24,000 nucleotides of DNA from Nocardia coubleae NBRC 108252 (GTDB lineage Bacteria; Actinomycetota; Actinomycetes; Mycobacteriales; Mycobacteriaceae): positions 144,880 through 168,879 of the forward strand of contig NZ_BDBD01000026.1 in NCBI RefSeq assembly GCF_001612805.1, given 5' to 3'. Shown here one piece after another: positions 23,911 through 24,000 of the stretch. Within the stretch, counting starts at the first letter, position 1. Every line of letters starts with the position of its first letter. A program made the translations under genes and the position numbers. Under the pieces are notes generated by a model. The model made no database searches. It saw only the letters and a program-made list of their open reading frames with translations, and was not told the origin of the DNA.

Positions 23911-24000
23911 GCATCCAATGTAGCAGGCGGAAAGCATCACTGCGTACAACGACGTCTGTGATTGTTGGTGGTTACGGCTGAGTTTGCCAAGAAATCACCA

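Overview
High-GC (roughly 68-70%) actinobacterial chromosomal segment, probably from a mycolic-acid-containing Corynebacteriales genus (Nocardia/Rhodococcus-like). I call 20 protein genes. These include a giant AftD-type arabinofuranosyltransferase with its small DUF2613 partner, a DUF3068 envelope protein, an acyltransferase-3 and a flippase-like membrane protein. They also include an isochorismate synthase, a universal stress protein, a GH3 NagZ/LpqI lipoprotein, a TetR regulator, a VanW-family protein and 6-phosphogluconate dehydrogenase. An Ag85-like esterase is translationally coupled to an unknown secreted protein, and the conserved fadA2 / fabG4-htdX lipid block is present. From memory, the backbone is syntenic with M. 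tuberculosis Rv0236c-Rv0243. I found no rRNA, intact tRNA, CRISPR array, transposase or integrase. The long antisense ORFs in the track are the usual high-GC artefacts. Four things deserve follow-up. (1) One AT-rich palindrome, AACTTAC-N6-GTAAG, occurs directly upstream of the TetR gene and again at the exact centre of the fadA2/fabG4 divergent promoter, which predicts a local TetR regulon. (2) The gene after the TetR encodes a protein of unknown function (DUF5685-like) that ends in an extreme poly-cysteine tail, with 20 Cys in the last 61 residues. (3) The right end of the window (22.4-24 kb) drops in GC and contains a tRNA T-arm/acceptor remnant, repeated motifs, an XRE regulator and a secreted protein built from 2.9 near-identical 135-bp tandem repeats. 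(4) Three unrelated secreted proteins share a GSS(D/G)...IL..L-type motif. I see no recognisable defence, toxin-antitoxin or biosynthetic cluster. The functional ideas below are hypotheses, not database results.
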